This document shows positions 37,482 through 49,327 of a stretch of 64,000 bases of DNA, piece after piece. The position numbers and the translations under genes are program-made. Numbering within the stretch: the stretch's first letter is position 1; the number at the start of each line of letters is the position of its first letter. Location: assembly GCA_904063045.1 (NCBI GenBank), contig CAJFCJ010000001.1, positions 1,054,001 through 1,118,000 on the forward strand, given 5' to 3'. Source of the DNA: Dimorphilus gyrociliatus (Eukaryota; Animalia; Annelida). The notes under the pieces were generated by a model. That model ran no database searches. It had not been told where the DNA came from and saw nothing but the letters and a program-made list of their open reading frames with translations.

Positions 37482-40400
37482 ATGAAGGAGGAGAAAATTC
37501 ATTCCCAAAGTACAATTTCACAATTCGACAATCATGTGGTTAAAAAGGCAAAAATTCTAAAAACTAGCAGCTGGCTGTCGCAAACTTGTACTGTTTTTTT
37601 CCTGGTTTGTCATATGAAGATTCACAAATGGAAAAGTTTCATAAAGGAAGTTGTTTATTCGATCGGTGGCGCTCTTGTACTACTAATTTTCTCCCAAAAT
37701 CTAAAGTCAACGCATATACAGGAATTTTACGATGTTGACAGGGAAATTCAACCATTGGAGGTATCTATTGACAAAAATTGGCATTGGTAAAGAATGGATA
37801 AAAAGAGTTCTAATAATATAAAACCCTTAGGTAAGAGGATTACTGATATCTCCCAACACAACAGTCATCAGATCTTTTATCAAGTCAATAAACTTAGATA
37901 TTCTAAGGTTAAAAGAATTCACTTATATGAACGAAAGTCAATTTGAAAGTATAAAGAACTTTAAAGAAAAGACAGCCATAATCTTCCATAACTTGTCTAC
38001 TGATTGTATAAGTTATACCATCCGAATGCCTGCTTGGAAGATTGCTTCAACCAATCTAAAGTCATGGAATTCTTTGAGTAACTACTGTAGTGAAAAGAGA
38101 AGGACGTCTCCGTCCGAATGTCCAACTGATTCGTACATTCGTTCAGGATTTTTGCACTTGCAACACGGAATTTCATTGCAGTTTCTAAAAAAATTAGGCT
38201 AGTCATTCTTTTACTTCTCATTCTTTAAAAAGGAAAATTTAACCTTAAATTATCTTTCTCTCTCCTCATCTTCTTCTTCTTAAATGTTACATTACATTAC
38301 AGCTAGGAAGAGGGGACTTACAATTAAGTTATCACTTCAAAGATTTCCCAAATCAGAATATGTGCATATTTCAAATAACTTATATCTAGTTCAAATTCTC
38401 CTTACTTTAATAATATTATTAAATTTTGGTTTGTTAATGAGGCATTTAGCTTCTGAACTGGCATCGGGCTTCGAAAGATCTCCAAAAATCTATTCATTTA
38501 CTAACTCGCTAAGACCGTCGAGTTACTGGACAGCTAGAATCTTAGCTATTGTCATCTTTCTTCAACCGGCTGCACTTATTATATCTATCTTCCTTAGTGT
38601 TCTTAAAACTTTTGAGCAACGGATTGCATTTCATATATCATTATTTATGTCCTTTTCTATTACAATGGCAAGTCTCTCCGCATTAATAGCAAACTTAGTC
38701 AGGAGTCCAGCCAAAGTAAATTCATTTGTTATTGGATTTATCTTTACTATGGTATGGCCATTTCTTATTGTTGCTGTTTATCCTACTTTAACTGAAGCGT
38801 TTCCTTTCTATCGTAAATGGTTTATTGTCACCACTCCCTTAAGCGTATTTGCAGCTGGATTTTACCAGGTCAATTTATAAATAATTAAATAATTAAGCCT
38901 CTTTTTTTTATTCTTAGCTCTCCTTCCTTAATAGATTCTTACTAGTATTTGTTTAAATAAGAAGCTCTACTGGACGGAAGGGGATTTTCCGGTTTTACTC
39001 TGCATCTCCTGCCATATTATTTATGGCATTTTACTACTTTTAGTTGTGATTTGCATGGAGAATTTTACGGATAATAGAAGGACTAGAATAGTTTGGAAGA
39101 GAGTGTGTTCCTGTTCAAATATTACTTGTCAAACCAACGAAGAGATTACCTTAGATGAGAAGGGCGACCAAAACATTATATGGTACGTTTCTGAGTTAAT
39201 TCATAAAGTTCCCTTGTAATTCACCGTTTGAAATTCAATGCCTTCTTTTTTTAAGCTTGAGGAATGTTTCAATGATTTATAAGAAAATAGGGCAAAGGAG
39301 GGTTACTGCTCTTGAAGATCTTAATCTAAGACTAACTGAAGGTAAGATAATGGTTCTCTTCGGTCATTTGAACTCCGGAAAGTCAACTTTAATTCGTATC
39401 ATTTCGGGAAGAGAGAGGCCAACATCTGGTAAAGTAATCTTCCATGGTTACAACTGGCCTTCAGATATTTACAAGGCTATCGCAACTATACCGGAAAGAT
39501 CGGATCTGTATGATTGGTTAACGCCGTACGAAATACTAAAGTATTACGCTAGAATTAGAAATGTAGACATAGTCGATCAGCATTTATTAATAGAAAATCT
39601 CTTGTTAGAATTAGGTAGGACTATTATTTGTTTATTAACGTTTTAGAGCGTAAATTCTATCAAACAGCCATTATGGACGTAGCCCATTCACCTATTTATG
39701 AGTTGAGTAAACATGATGAAAAGAAATTAAGAATAAGCCTAGCTTTAATAGGTCATTCTAAAGTTCTATTACTCGATGAACCCCTTCTTAGCTTAGATCT
39801 AAATGGAAGAAGAGCTGTTTGGCAGCTGTTAAAAAAGCACAAAAAGGGCAAAATTATTCTAGGTCTGTGGGAGACATACTTATATCCTTTCAGTTTTTTC
39901 TTTATATTCTATCCTATTTCTTATTCTTTTCTATCAATAAAATACTTTTTAGTTACAACGCAATTTATGAATGAAGCAAATCTATTCTGTGATGAAAAAG
40001 GCATTCTCTATAGGGGCAAAATTAAATATTGGGGTACAACGGACCGTTTAAATGACATATTCAAATTAGGATACTTAATTAAGTTTGTTTAAGAAGGATA
40101 TATTAAATCTTACTTGTAAACGTATTTTTCTTCTTTAAATTATAGGTTTAACTTGATAAATGATAGTGAAATTGACGAATTACATCAAGTTGTGGAACAG
40201 AATGCACCAGACGCTAAATTACAAGCCAGAAGCCAAAATTATCTTTGCTATAGAATACCAAAATCAAAAATTGATCAAATTTCTCTTCTCTTTTCAAAAT
40301 TAGAATCAAATTCTAGTCATTCTAATCAAGATTCTAGTTTATTGAATAAGGCGTCTTGGTCATCCGATAGGTGTCAGACTAGCAGGTATATTGCAATTTT

Positions 40401-43400
40401 ACTTTTAAAGTGTTTACTTTTTTTCTGCTTTCTAAATAGACTTAACTCCTCTTGGGCTGAACCAAATATTGAACATATGAGAGATGATTTAGAGTTGAAA
40501 GACTTTATAAGATTTGCTAAGAGAACCATTATTGAAGAAGCTAGAATTCCATACTCGAAAACTGTAGCAGCTTCATTTAAAATTCACAACTGTTCCGTTA
40601 CTTTAATAACGTTTGAGAGCTGTATCTCTCAGATTCTTGTTGAGGAAGCTAATCCATTTGAATCTAGGACTCGACTTTCCGAAGAGATGAAAAGGATAAG
40701 TTGGGCCAGGAAAACATATCATTCGACTGATGATCCTGGTCTCTTAGACGATGTTTTAGATGGTAAAGGATTGATAGATAGTCCACCAACTATGCACACA
40801 GATGGGGAAATGTCTGAAGAGTCTGGAACTTCATACCAAAAGTTTCGACATCAGGTTCAAAAAATTTGGTGGAACGGAGAGAGAGTGCCATTTTTTTACG
40901 CTCAAATTCAACGATTGATATTTCTTTTGTTGGCTAATATCCAGTCCGATTTTTATCCATCTCTATTATCGATTGGTCTTTTAGTAATCCCGGTTTGTTT
41001 TATCTGGTTGGGATTAATAATTGAAACTTGGTATCCAATAAACGAACCTAAATCGGACAGCCTAAAAATTGATTCTTTCATTTACAATTCAAGACCATTA
41101 TTAATAAATTCACCTAAGCGTCTTCCAAACTATCTCATGGATTCGTTAGCGAACGCATCCGGTATAAGATTGACCAAATTTTTCAGATATGATATAACAG
41201 ATATAAGAAATATAAAACCGCAAGCTTATGGCCTAGATTTTAATGATTTTTTACTTAGTAAAAATGGCAGTATTAGAACAGAAGTAGCTTTAAACTTTAA
41301 CGACTCAGAAGTTCATTCTCCCGCTATTGTTCATAGAGCTTTGATGGGAGGGTTAGCTGGAGTTATAACGAATGGTCGTTTAAATTCCTCTAATATAATT
41401 GTTAACAGTCACCCATGGAAAGAAGAAAGATCTTTCTTCGAAGATCACGCACATCTATCTGCTACAATTTTAGTTAATTTCATGATTGGTCTACTACCAG
41501 CGTTAAGCTTGAAACGTTTGGTTCAGCAAAATCAAATTCGAATAAGATTGACATTACTAGGGATAAACCGCATAGTTTTCTGGTTAATGACATTAATTAC
41601 GGATTTAAGTGAAATTTTTCTCATATTCGCTTTATTTGGTTTCTTGATAACGTCTTTTCTTGATCAGAATTTCACAATACAACGCTTTTTATTGTTGGGA
41701 TGTAAAATTTGTTCAACTTTACCCTTTGCGTATATTGTTTCCTTTTGGATAAAAAATTTTGGTGATGCTGTTTTCTATTGCGTCGCTTTAACTACGTCTC
41801 TAATTCTTCCTACGTTTACATTATTACTGTTTCTATTATGGGAAAGGGAGGACTTATCACTTATAGTTGTTGCTATCTCTTCTCTTCTAATCCCTCAATT
41901 TCACATTTCAGATCAGCTTGCAATTTATTTATCATTAAAACTGGATAATGTGACCTTTTCCTATATTCTTTTCATATCTCTTGGACCAACTATAATTCAC
42001 TTAATTGGTTTTCCATTTTTTATTCATCTACTTGAATTGAAGAGAGCTTTCGGCATGGAATGGAAGAGATCGTTATTTATTACTTTGGGCCTGAAAAAGG
42101 TAGAAGTTGATGCTACAAACGATACACAATGGGATACCGAAATTTTAGATAAAGATATAAAGACGGAATATATGACAGTTGAAAAGTGGCGGAAATACGA
42201 AAACAGAGAATCAACAGCTGCAGTAGTATTAAATAATGTTAGCAAGTTTGAAAAGGATTCCTATGTAGATAATATATCTCTGTACCTAAAGAATTCTGAC
42301 ATTTTTGGTCTAATAATGCCTAAAACTTCAAAGAGTACTATCTTATTTGATATAATTAGTGGACAATCGACAATCGACTTTGGGGAAGTTTTCATAGACG
42401 ACATATTGCTGTATAGTGGAAAAACTGATTTACTTCCATGTAATCCGAATTTATTAAAGAAAGAACTGCTCGCTGTTTCTCCTGCAAAAGGTGCTTTTAT
42501 ACCCTGTCTAACAGTCATTTCAAATATCCAATTATTTGCAAGACTAACTGGCTATCCTAATAAGAATCTTAGGGAAGTTACCGATTTCTTTCTTGAGGTT
42601 TTCTCTTTAAAGCAGCAAGCTGATACAAGAGCATGCTTACTTGAGAGAGACTCGAAAGGATCGCTAAATCTCTGTATAACTCTTCTACAAAGACCAAAGA
42701 TTTTGATACTAGACGATCCTTTCTTTGGGATGAGTAATAAGACTATTAAAACTATGAAAAGTATACTTAAGGTATTCGTTGAAGTTGGTCGAATGACAGT
42801 CCTTATGTCGGCTAGAAGCTTGCAGGAAGTCGAATCATTTTGTACAAAGATTGCATTTATGAATAATGGCCGCTTTTTTAGTATTGGAACTATAGATTCT
42901 TTGAGAAAAAAACACAGTAGAGGAAAGCAATTAAAGTTTAGACTAAAAGAAAATTTTACACTAGAGCAATCACTTCAGATTCAAGCTCTTATCCTTGAAA
43001 TTATCCCTGAGGCTATAATCTCGGAACAATATAGTAATTTCATAGTTTTCAATATTCCAGAGGATAACGGAGTGAATTACGGTGTATTATTCAAATTGCT
43101 CGAATTAAGTAAAAGTATAATTCAATACGAATCATTCGAAGTTTGTCAAAATTCTCTTGGTCGAATGTTTTGCCAATTTGTGTAAGTTTTTTTTTAATCA
43201 AAGCGAATGATACAGTCTATGTAAATTACCACAATTGTCTTTCTTTTTCACTAATAAGCTACCACTCAAAACAAACTGAAGGAGTTGAAAGGAGAAGTGG
43301 GAAGAAGAGAAACATAGTTACTAATGCAACAAAGATAATTCCAGCTAAAGATATGCTATTTAAGAGTATTTCTGGAATTGAACCCTTGAATCGTCGTAGA

Positions 43401-43481
43401 TTAAGCTCATTAACAAGTGAACTATCTTTTATCGGGAAAAGTAGAAAGATTTATCCTAAAACGCTCGACTCAACCGTTTAA
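37482..43481 (+). CDS. Highly divergent full-length ABCA-family transporter (TMD-NBD-TMD-NBD), multi-exon
   Basis: NBD1 has GHLNSGKST and VLLLDEP; NBD2 has ILILDDP. Two ABCA-type regulatory domains (YLIKF..; FNIP..YGVLFKLLE..YESFEVCQNSLGRMF), two multi-TM regions and large ectodomains. The last exon follows a GTAAG donor at about 43182. Confidence 0.85.
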
Positions 43482-44010
43482 TTAAACTATCTCTTTTTCT
43501 TAATTCAATTTTCTCTTTCCATTTTCTTACATTTCGAATTTTTGATCTAATAAAATAATCTATTTAGTATACATTACAAATGCAACCGCAAACAAATAAT
43601 GACCGATAGATGGTGCTAGAGTGTAAAATCTGAATTTCGTTAGATGCAGTATGAATGTGGGCGAAAATACTTCTTGGTCTCTAAGTCTCGAAAATATTGT
43701 GAAATAACAAGATTTAGTATAGACATACAAAGTAATAAAAGGACTCAAATAAAATTTATCTAGTTTGTTATTTTAGGTAAGTTTTTACATTTGAAACCTT
43801 AAATGAAGAAATTATGGATACAATCGTCAGCGGGCTCTGGAATAGCCAATTAACCGCTTCAAAAGAGGTGTTAAATCGACTATTTATAGGATAAGGCTTA
43901 TTACATAAAAGAAACGATGGTGCACTAGTATCTAGAATTGGAAGCGAAAGAAGTGCTTTTTTTCTCTCAGCAGGTGAAGCTAAGAAGAAAAACTAAAGAT
44001 AAAGAAAAGC

Positions 44011-47000
44011 ATGCAAACTTCTCCACTCAGGATTCGTCGTCTCAGATCCCCAAATGGCTTACAAGATTATAGGAACCAGAGAATTGACAGAAGAACTGGC
44101 CGGACAAATACAATACATGGTCTAGATAAAGTTTTCGATTTTGAATCATCACCTTTACGTAGGTAATGTATCATTTATTTCTTTTGTTATTAAAAACAAC
44201 AAAGATCATCGCTATCTCGAAAGAATATCTATTTAACTTTTTGCTTATGAGAGGATGAAAACAAAATTGCTTTCATTAAGTATAACTTGTTATCATAAGA
44301 GAAATAGGCCTAAATTAAATCCTGAGGGCACTTTAGCATTTAAAAAAGAAAATTAAAGACCACGAAACATTTGGCACTCAAGAAAAAATGCCGACTGCAA
44401 AATATTATGCTGCTTCAGTTAGCAGCTTCGTTAGAACCGCTTTGTTAAATAGAAACCAGCGTTTAACGGTAACGAGGCGTCCCTCGAGTAGAGGCAACCC
44501 GGGTTCGTAATGACGCTTCTATTTTTTAGAATATTTTGGGCGTCCCTTCTCCTCGTTTCGACCGCCTTCTTCTTCTTCTTAGCTGCAAATTCCGTCCGAA
44601 AATATGCAACCGCCGTCCGAATTAGAAGAACAATCGTTGAGCATAGGAAAACGTTCCCGTCTCCTTTTTTAAGTATCTGCCAGGCGTCTTTGCGGTTGAG
44701 TAGCATTTATAATTCTCATCTTATCAAGAAGAATGCGATTGTCGATGAACTAATGGCGGTGGGAGCACATCGGCAAGTCGACACCATTCTCCAGTAAGAT
44801 TGATTAAATAAGTGGCCTCAGTAAACTTTTCAAATTGACCGTCATATTTATGGAAATGCAGGTGCCAGACCGAAGGCTCCGAATGCAAATGGAAAACTAC
44901 GAGTAGCCAAGCAGGAATCTGCTTTACTACACCACTCCATAAAAAAGGTTCATATTCTAATCTCTTAATACATCACCGATAAGGATTATCTTTAATCCAG
45001 GTTTATCATTATTACTTAATGCTGAATCTTATGAAAATTCCCCCGTCGAACTCGGCAACAAGGGTTTGAAAATGTATGTTGGCGAAAGAGAGCCTATATT
45101 GGCTTACCGAAATGCTCTAAGCTTGATCCCTGGACGACAATTCAGCGTCGGAGCGACACCGATAATTTACGATTCAACAGAGTGTTCTGAAAAGTCTGAA
45201 AAATGCTTGGCTGCTTGTTTAATCGAACATCAGAAGAAGGATTGCGCATGCGCCGAACCATTCTCAAAACTTTTAGGTCTCAACATATATTTTTATATCA
45301 TTTTACATATGTATATTGACATCTAATATCTCTAAGCGTTCTTGACAAGCGGTTTATCTGTTGATAGATGAACGGGTTCCCATCTGCAATCTATCTACTT
45401 ATCGAACTTGTATCTCTCGCGTAAATAGTAAGTATACTACTGGAGTCATTTCGTGATTAATCACGTGACTAACCTTTAAATACCGTTTACTACACGCTTT
45501 TTTCAATTTTCTCAACTTAACCGTTTCCCATGTTAATAATTTTCTTTCATATGATAATTTCTCTAAGAGACGAACAGATCTTCTTTCTCTCCCCTTTTTT
45601 TTCTCCTCCATTTTTTTATCCTATCGCACTCTAAAAGATTTGCGGCTTGTCACATAAATTGAGTGTCTGATGGTTCTTGTCATGTGAACATCTCTAAAAA
45701 ACAACACCCGTTGCAATCTATCATCTTTATAGCGTTCCAACTACAAACTCGGCCTGTAAAATGGAATACTTTCGCGCGCGATTGCAAACAGCAAATTGCC
45801 CTTTAAAAAGATAAACAACGCTAGCTTAACCCGGTTTATTTACGTTTCTCGCAGAGAATTGGCGTCCAAGATGTTCTTGTAAGAAAGCTTGCCGAAATCT
45901 TTCTTTCAAACTTCGATCATTATCAGTCGACGCGTTCTCTCGACCGGAAGTCGACGAATTGTTGGAAACTGGAGAAAGGCTTGAAGCGGGTTTTAGGACA
46001 GCTTTAGGTGTTAGAGATAAACTAAATAATTTAGATGACGACACAAAGGACTTTCGTCACCTTAAAGAATCGTTTGATATTAGTATAGCCGCCTTTGATA
46101 ACGCCATGCACAAGTTAAATAAAACAAGAAAGAAATTAAGGAAGTTAGCGGATGAAATAGAGAGAAGATCGGATTTCCACAAATTCCACACAAAACAAGA
46201 GCAGAAAACTCTAATTCGTGATGAAATTTTAGCACCTTGGTGGAGTTACCGCGAAAAATATCTTAATAAATTCGAATACAACGCTAACCAGGCTGCAATT
46301 GATTTCAATTCGAGTATCCAAGTGCTTTTGTCAAAGAAGAGTCGAACAACCAAAGAAATATCCGCTGCCATTTCCAAGAGAACATTGACATTAACAAGGA
46401 TGATGGCCCAAAACGCCATAACGAAAATGGTGTCTTTCATCTCGCTTTTAACTAAACGTAAGGAGGTGTCTAATGCTTTACTACCATTCGACGCGTTAAG
46501 AAAAATCCATAACCAGACATTAATCAACTCCATTAACGAGTGCCTTATGCAAGTTGTAATCTCCGCCTCCAAAGCCCTAACCCTCACAAATAAGGCCGAT
46601 GTGGAACCTTCAAATTATAGCAAAAAAAATGCTAGCGACGCTCAAATCTGTATTTCTATGATGATGAAAAATAGTAGGGCTTTATCAATTTTGAAATATA
46701 AATTAGAAGAGAGCTTTACCAACTTCGATAGAGACTTAAAATCATCCGATAGCACTTTGGAAGATAAAAGTAATTCAGTTAGACGTCTATTAGGTAATTT
46801 CTTACAAAAATCAAATTCTATTGAAGAGTTATTTAATAAATTAAAATTACGATTAAATACGGATGTAAGAAATTTTATATTGGAATATCAAAATTATACG
46901 AAGAACTATCACCTGACTAAATTAAATATTAAGGTTAAAGGTATTTCAAACTTTGAATTTGACACTCAAAATATTTTAACGGAGTGGAAATTGAAAAGCG

Positions 47001-47788
47001 ATAACCTCTTAGAAGTAGTAACAAAATTTGGCGACCGCCTAACGTCTCTTTGGCGTCTAATTCAGGCGGACGGTAACACGAAAACCTATTACGAAAGAAT
47101 CTCGGCCGATATCGACAATCTGAATTATTCATCAAAAGAGGCGATACAACTAGCTCGATTAGCCCGCTTTGACGCTCCAGACGCTCAAAGGATTCCAAAA
47201 GCCGAATGGAAGAGCAGATTAAATGCCGATGTGGACAAGCTAGATGACAATTTAAAACGAGTCCGATCAACTCTAGATGGCGTTCGTCGATTAGCAAAAA
47301 ATGATATATTTTTGAGGTCCAGCGTCTCTTTCGCCAAGACATTGCGATTGGTGGAGGCGAAATTGAGAAAATTCGCCGAGAAATGCGAACTGTCAGGCGA
47401 ATTTATAAGGTAATTTATATTCATTATCCGCGCATATTCTATAGGCGAGTTTCTTTTTTATCTAGGCAAAATCTCGTCCAAGTTGATGTTCATCTAGAAG
47501 ACTATGTCGAGAGAATTAGGGAGGTGTGGGATTATGAATGGACAGACTTAATATGTAAGAATGAAATTAGCACATGTTTTCATCGACTAATTACATTTAA
47601 TCAACTAAACAGGCGACATTGGGGGCTGCCTAGCATTACTTCTTGGAGCGAGTGCTTTATCTATGGTCGATCTTTTCGATTATTTATTATTTCGCAGACG
47701 GAACAAAGAGCATGAAAGGCGTCTAAACGACGTCGAATTTAGTCCTAAAAAAACAGAGAATAAGGCTGATTGTGCAACTGAAGTTTGA
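44011..47788 (+). CDS. DEG/ENaC channel subunit 1 (885 aa); exons 44011-44162, 44530-44793, 44862-44947, 45001-45276, 45368-45427, 45855-47409, 47466-47554, 47613-47788
   Basis: N-terminal TIHGL motif, TM1 RIFWASLLLV, FPSPFLSIC, GICFT, GLSLLLN, Cys-rich thumb ending CSCKKAC, beta11 NLVQVDVH, TM2 CDIGGCLALLLGAS. Exons sum to 2658 nt in one open frame. Confidence 0.88.
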
Positions 47789-49327
47789 TTTTGACGTAAC
47801 CGGTGCTCTCTACGTCATATTTTTTTATGTGCCTGATAGAAATCGAACAAGCTTTTTTACTCAATCATTCCGATTTGTTTGGATGATTTACAGCTTAGCG
47901 AGATTTAGACGTCTGTTTATATAGACAACTGTTAGAATTTCATGATTACGTGCACTTTTTGTATACAGTATAATTTCTCCTGTTATTTTTTTCCTATACA
48001 AATACGCCATCTGTGTGTAACAGCTATAAAAAAAAATCATATCTTTTCTCTCCCACTCCCCCGTCTAATTCTTACAAAGCGATTCTTTCCGCCCCCTGCC
48101 ACCCCCTTCGTCAAGAAACTATAGTATAGAATGAAAATTTAATCAGAATTTGTATTATTTTTCAATTTATTTCTTGTATTCAATTTGTAAAGGAAATTTC
48201 CTTTTCTTTATCATTTTGAGCAAAAAGAAAGCAACCTTTATGATATTTATAGTAATTATCATTTTTCTTTCTCATCATTTTTCGTCATCTTTTTCTTGTC
48301 CCTTCCTCTAATTATCTTCAATTAGTAATATAACTATATAGTGAAAAATTCACAATATTAGTTAATTTCAGGGACGGAAGGCGTTAAATTTCCACTTTCC
48401 TTTATTTATAAACAAATTGATTAATATTTAATACGATAATACACAGCTTACTAATTAATTCATAAATACTTTAATAAAAAAATTGTTTACGAACCGAAAA
48501 TCAATATAATAAACAAAAGGAAAAATATTTCCTCCTTTCGCAGCTTTCTTTCTTTCCAGGAAAAAAGTAAGAAACAAACTAGTTAGGTCAATTTTTCTTT
48601 TCCAAAATATTTTTCTCATCTCTCTCTCTCTCCTTAACCTAACCCTTCCTCTGAAAAGAGAAATGATGGAAAATGAATAAACAACTTAATTGATTCTACC
48701 ATCTGAGGAGATGCTACTAATAAGATATTTTCTGTATAAATAAACAAGACAAAAATGTCTAGATAATTAAACGTGGTGAAAATAAGTACGTTATAAGACA
48801 CCATTGTATAAACAGCTTCTATCAATTATCTAAAAATAATGTTTAAACTACATTTATACTTTTGTTTATCAACGGATAGAAACGTTACACTCATATTTAA
48901 GTTCTCCCAATAATAAACTCATGATTGACTAATTGTTCAACAGTTCGATATGATTAATTTATTCATAGATCGCTTTTTTAGGATTTGTGAGAATTGTTAC
49001 ACGAAAGTTAGAAAGAAGAAATGTAGGAGATTATTAAAGTCTTATGGTTTCATTACGAAAATGGTTCTTCTCTCTTAGAGTTATATCCTTTCAAGGGTTT
49101 TATTGATATTGGATGTCAATTGATAAACTACACTCTGGCGATTCTAAATTGATATTTATAATTTATTAAGCGAAATTCTATGCCGCTAGGCGGAGTGGAA
49201 ACCACTGAATAGATATGGCGCTTTTGCGTTGTGAACATCCTTCATGCATATTTCATATAGAAAAAATGTCCATTGTTTGTACAAACCGGATTTATTAATG
49301 TGTTTTTTTTTTTAAATATTTGCTTAC

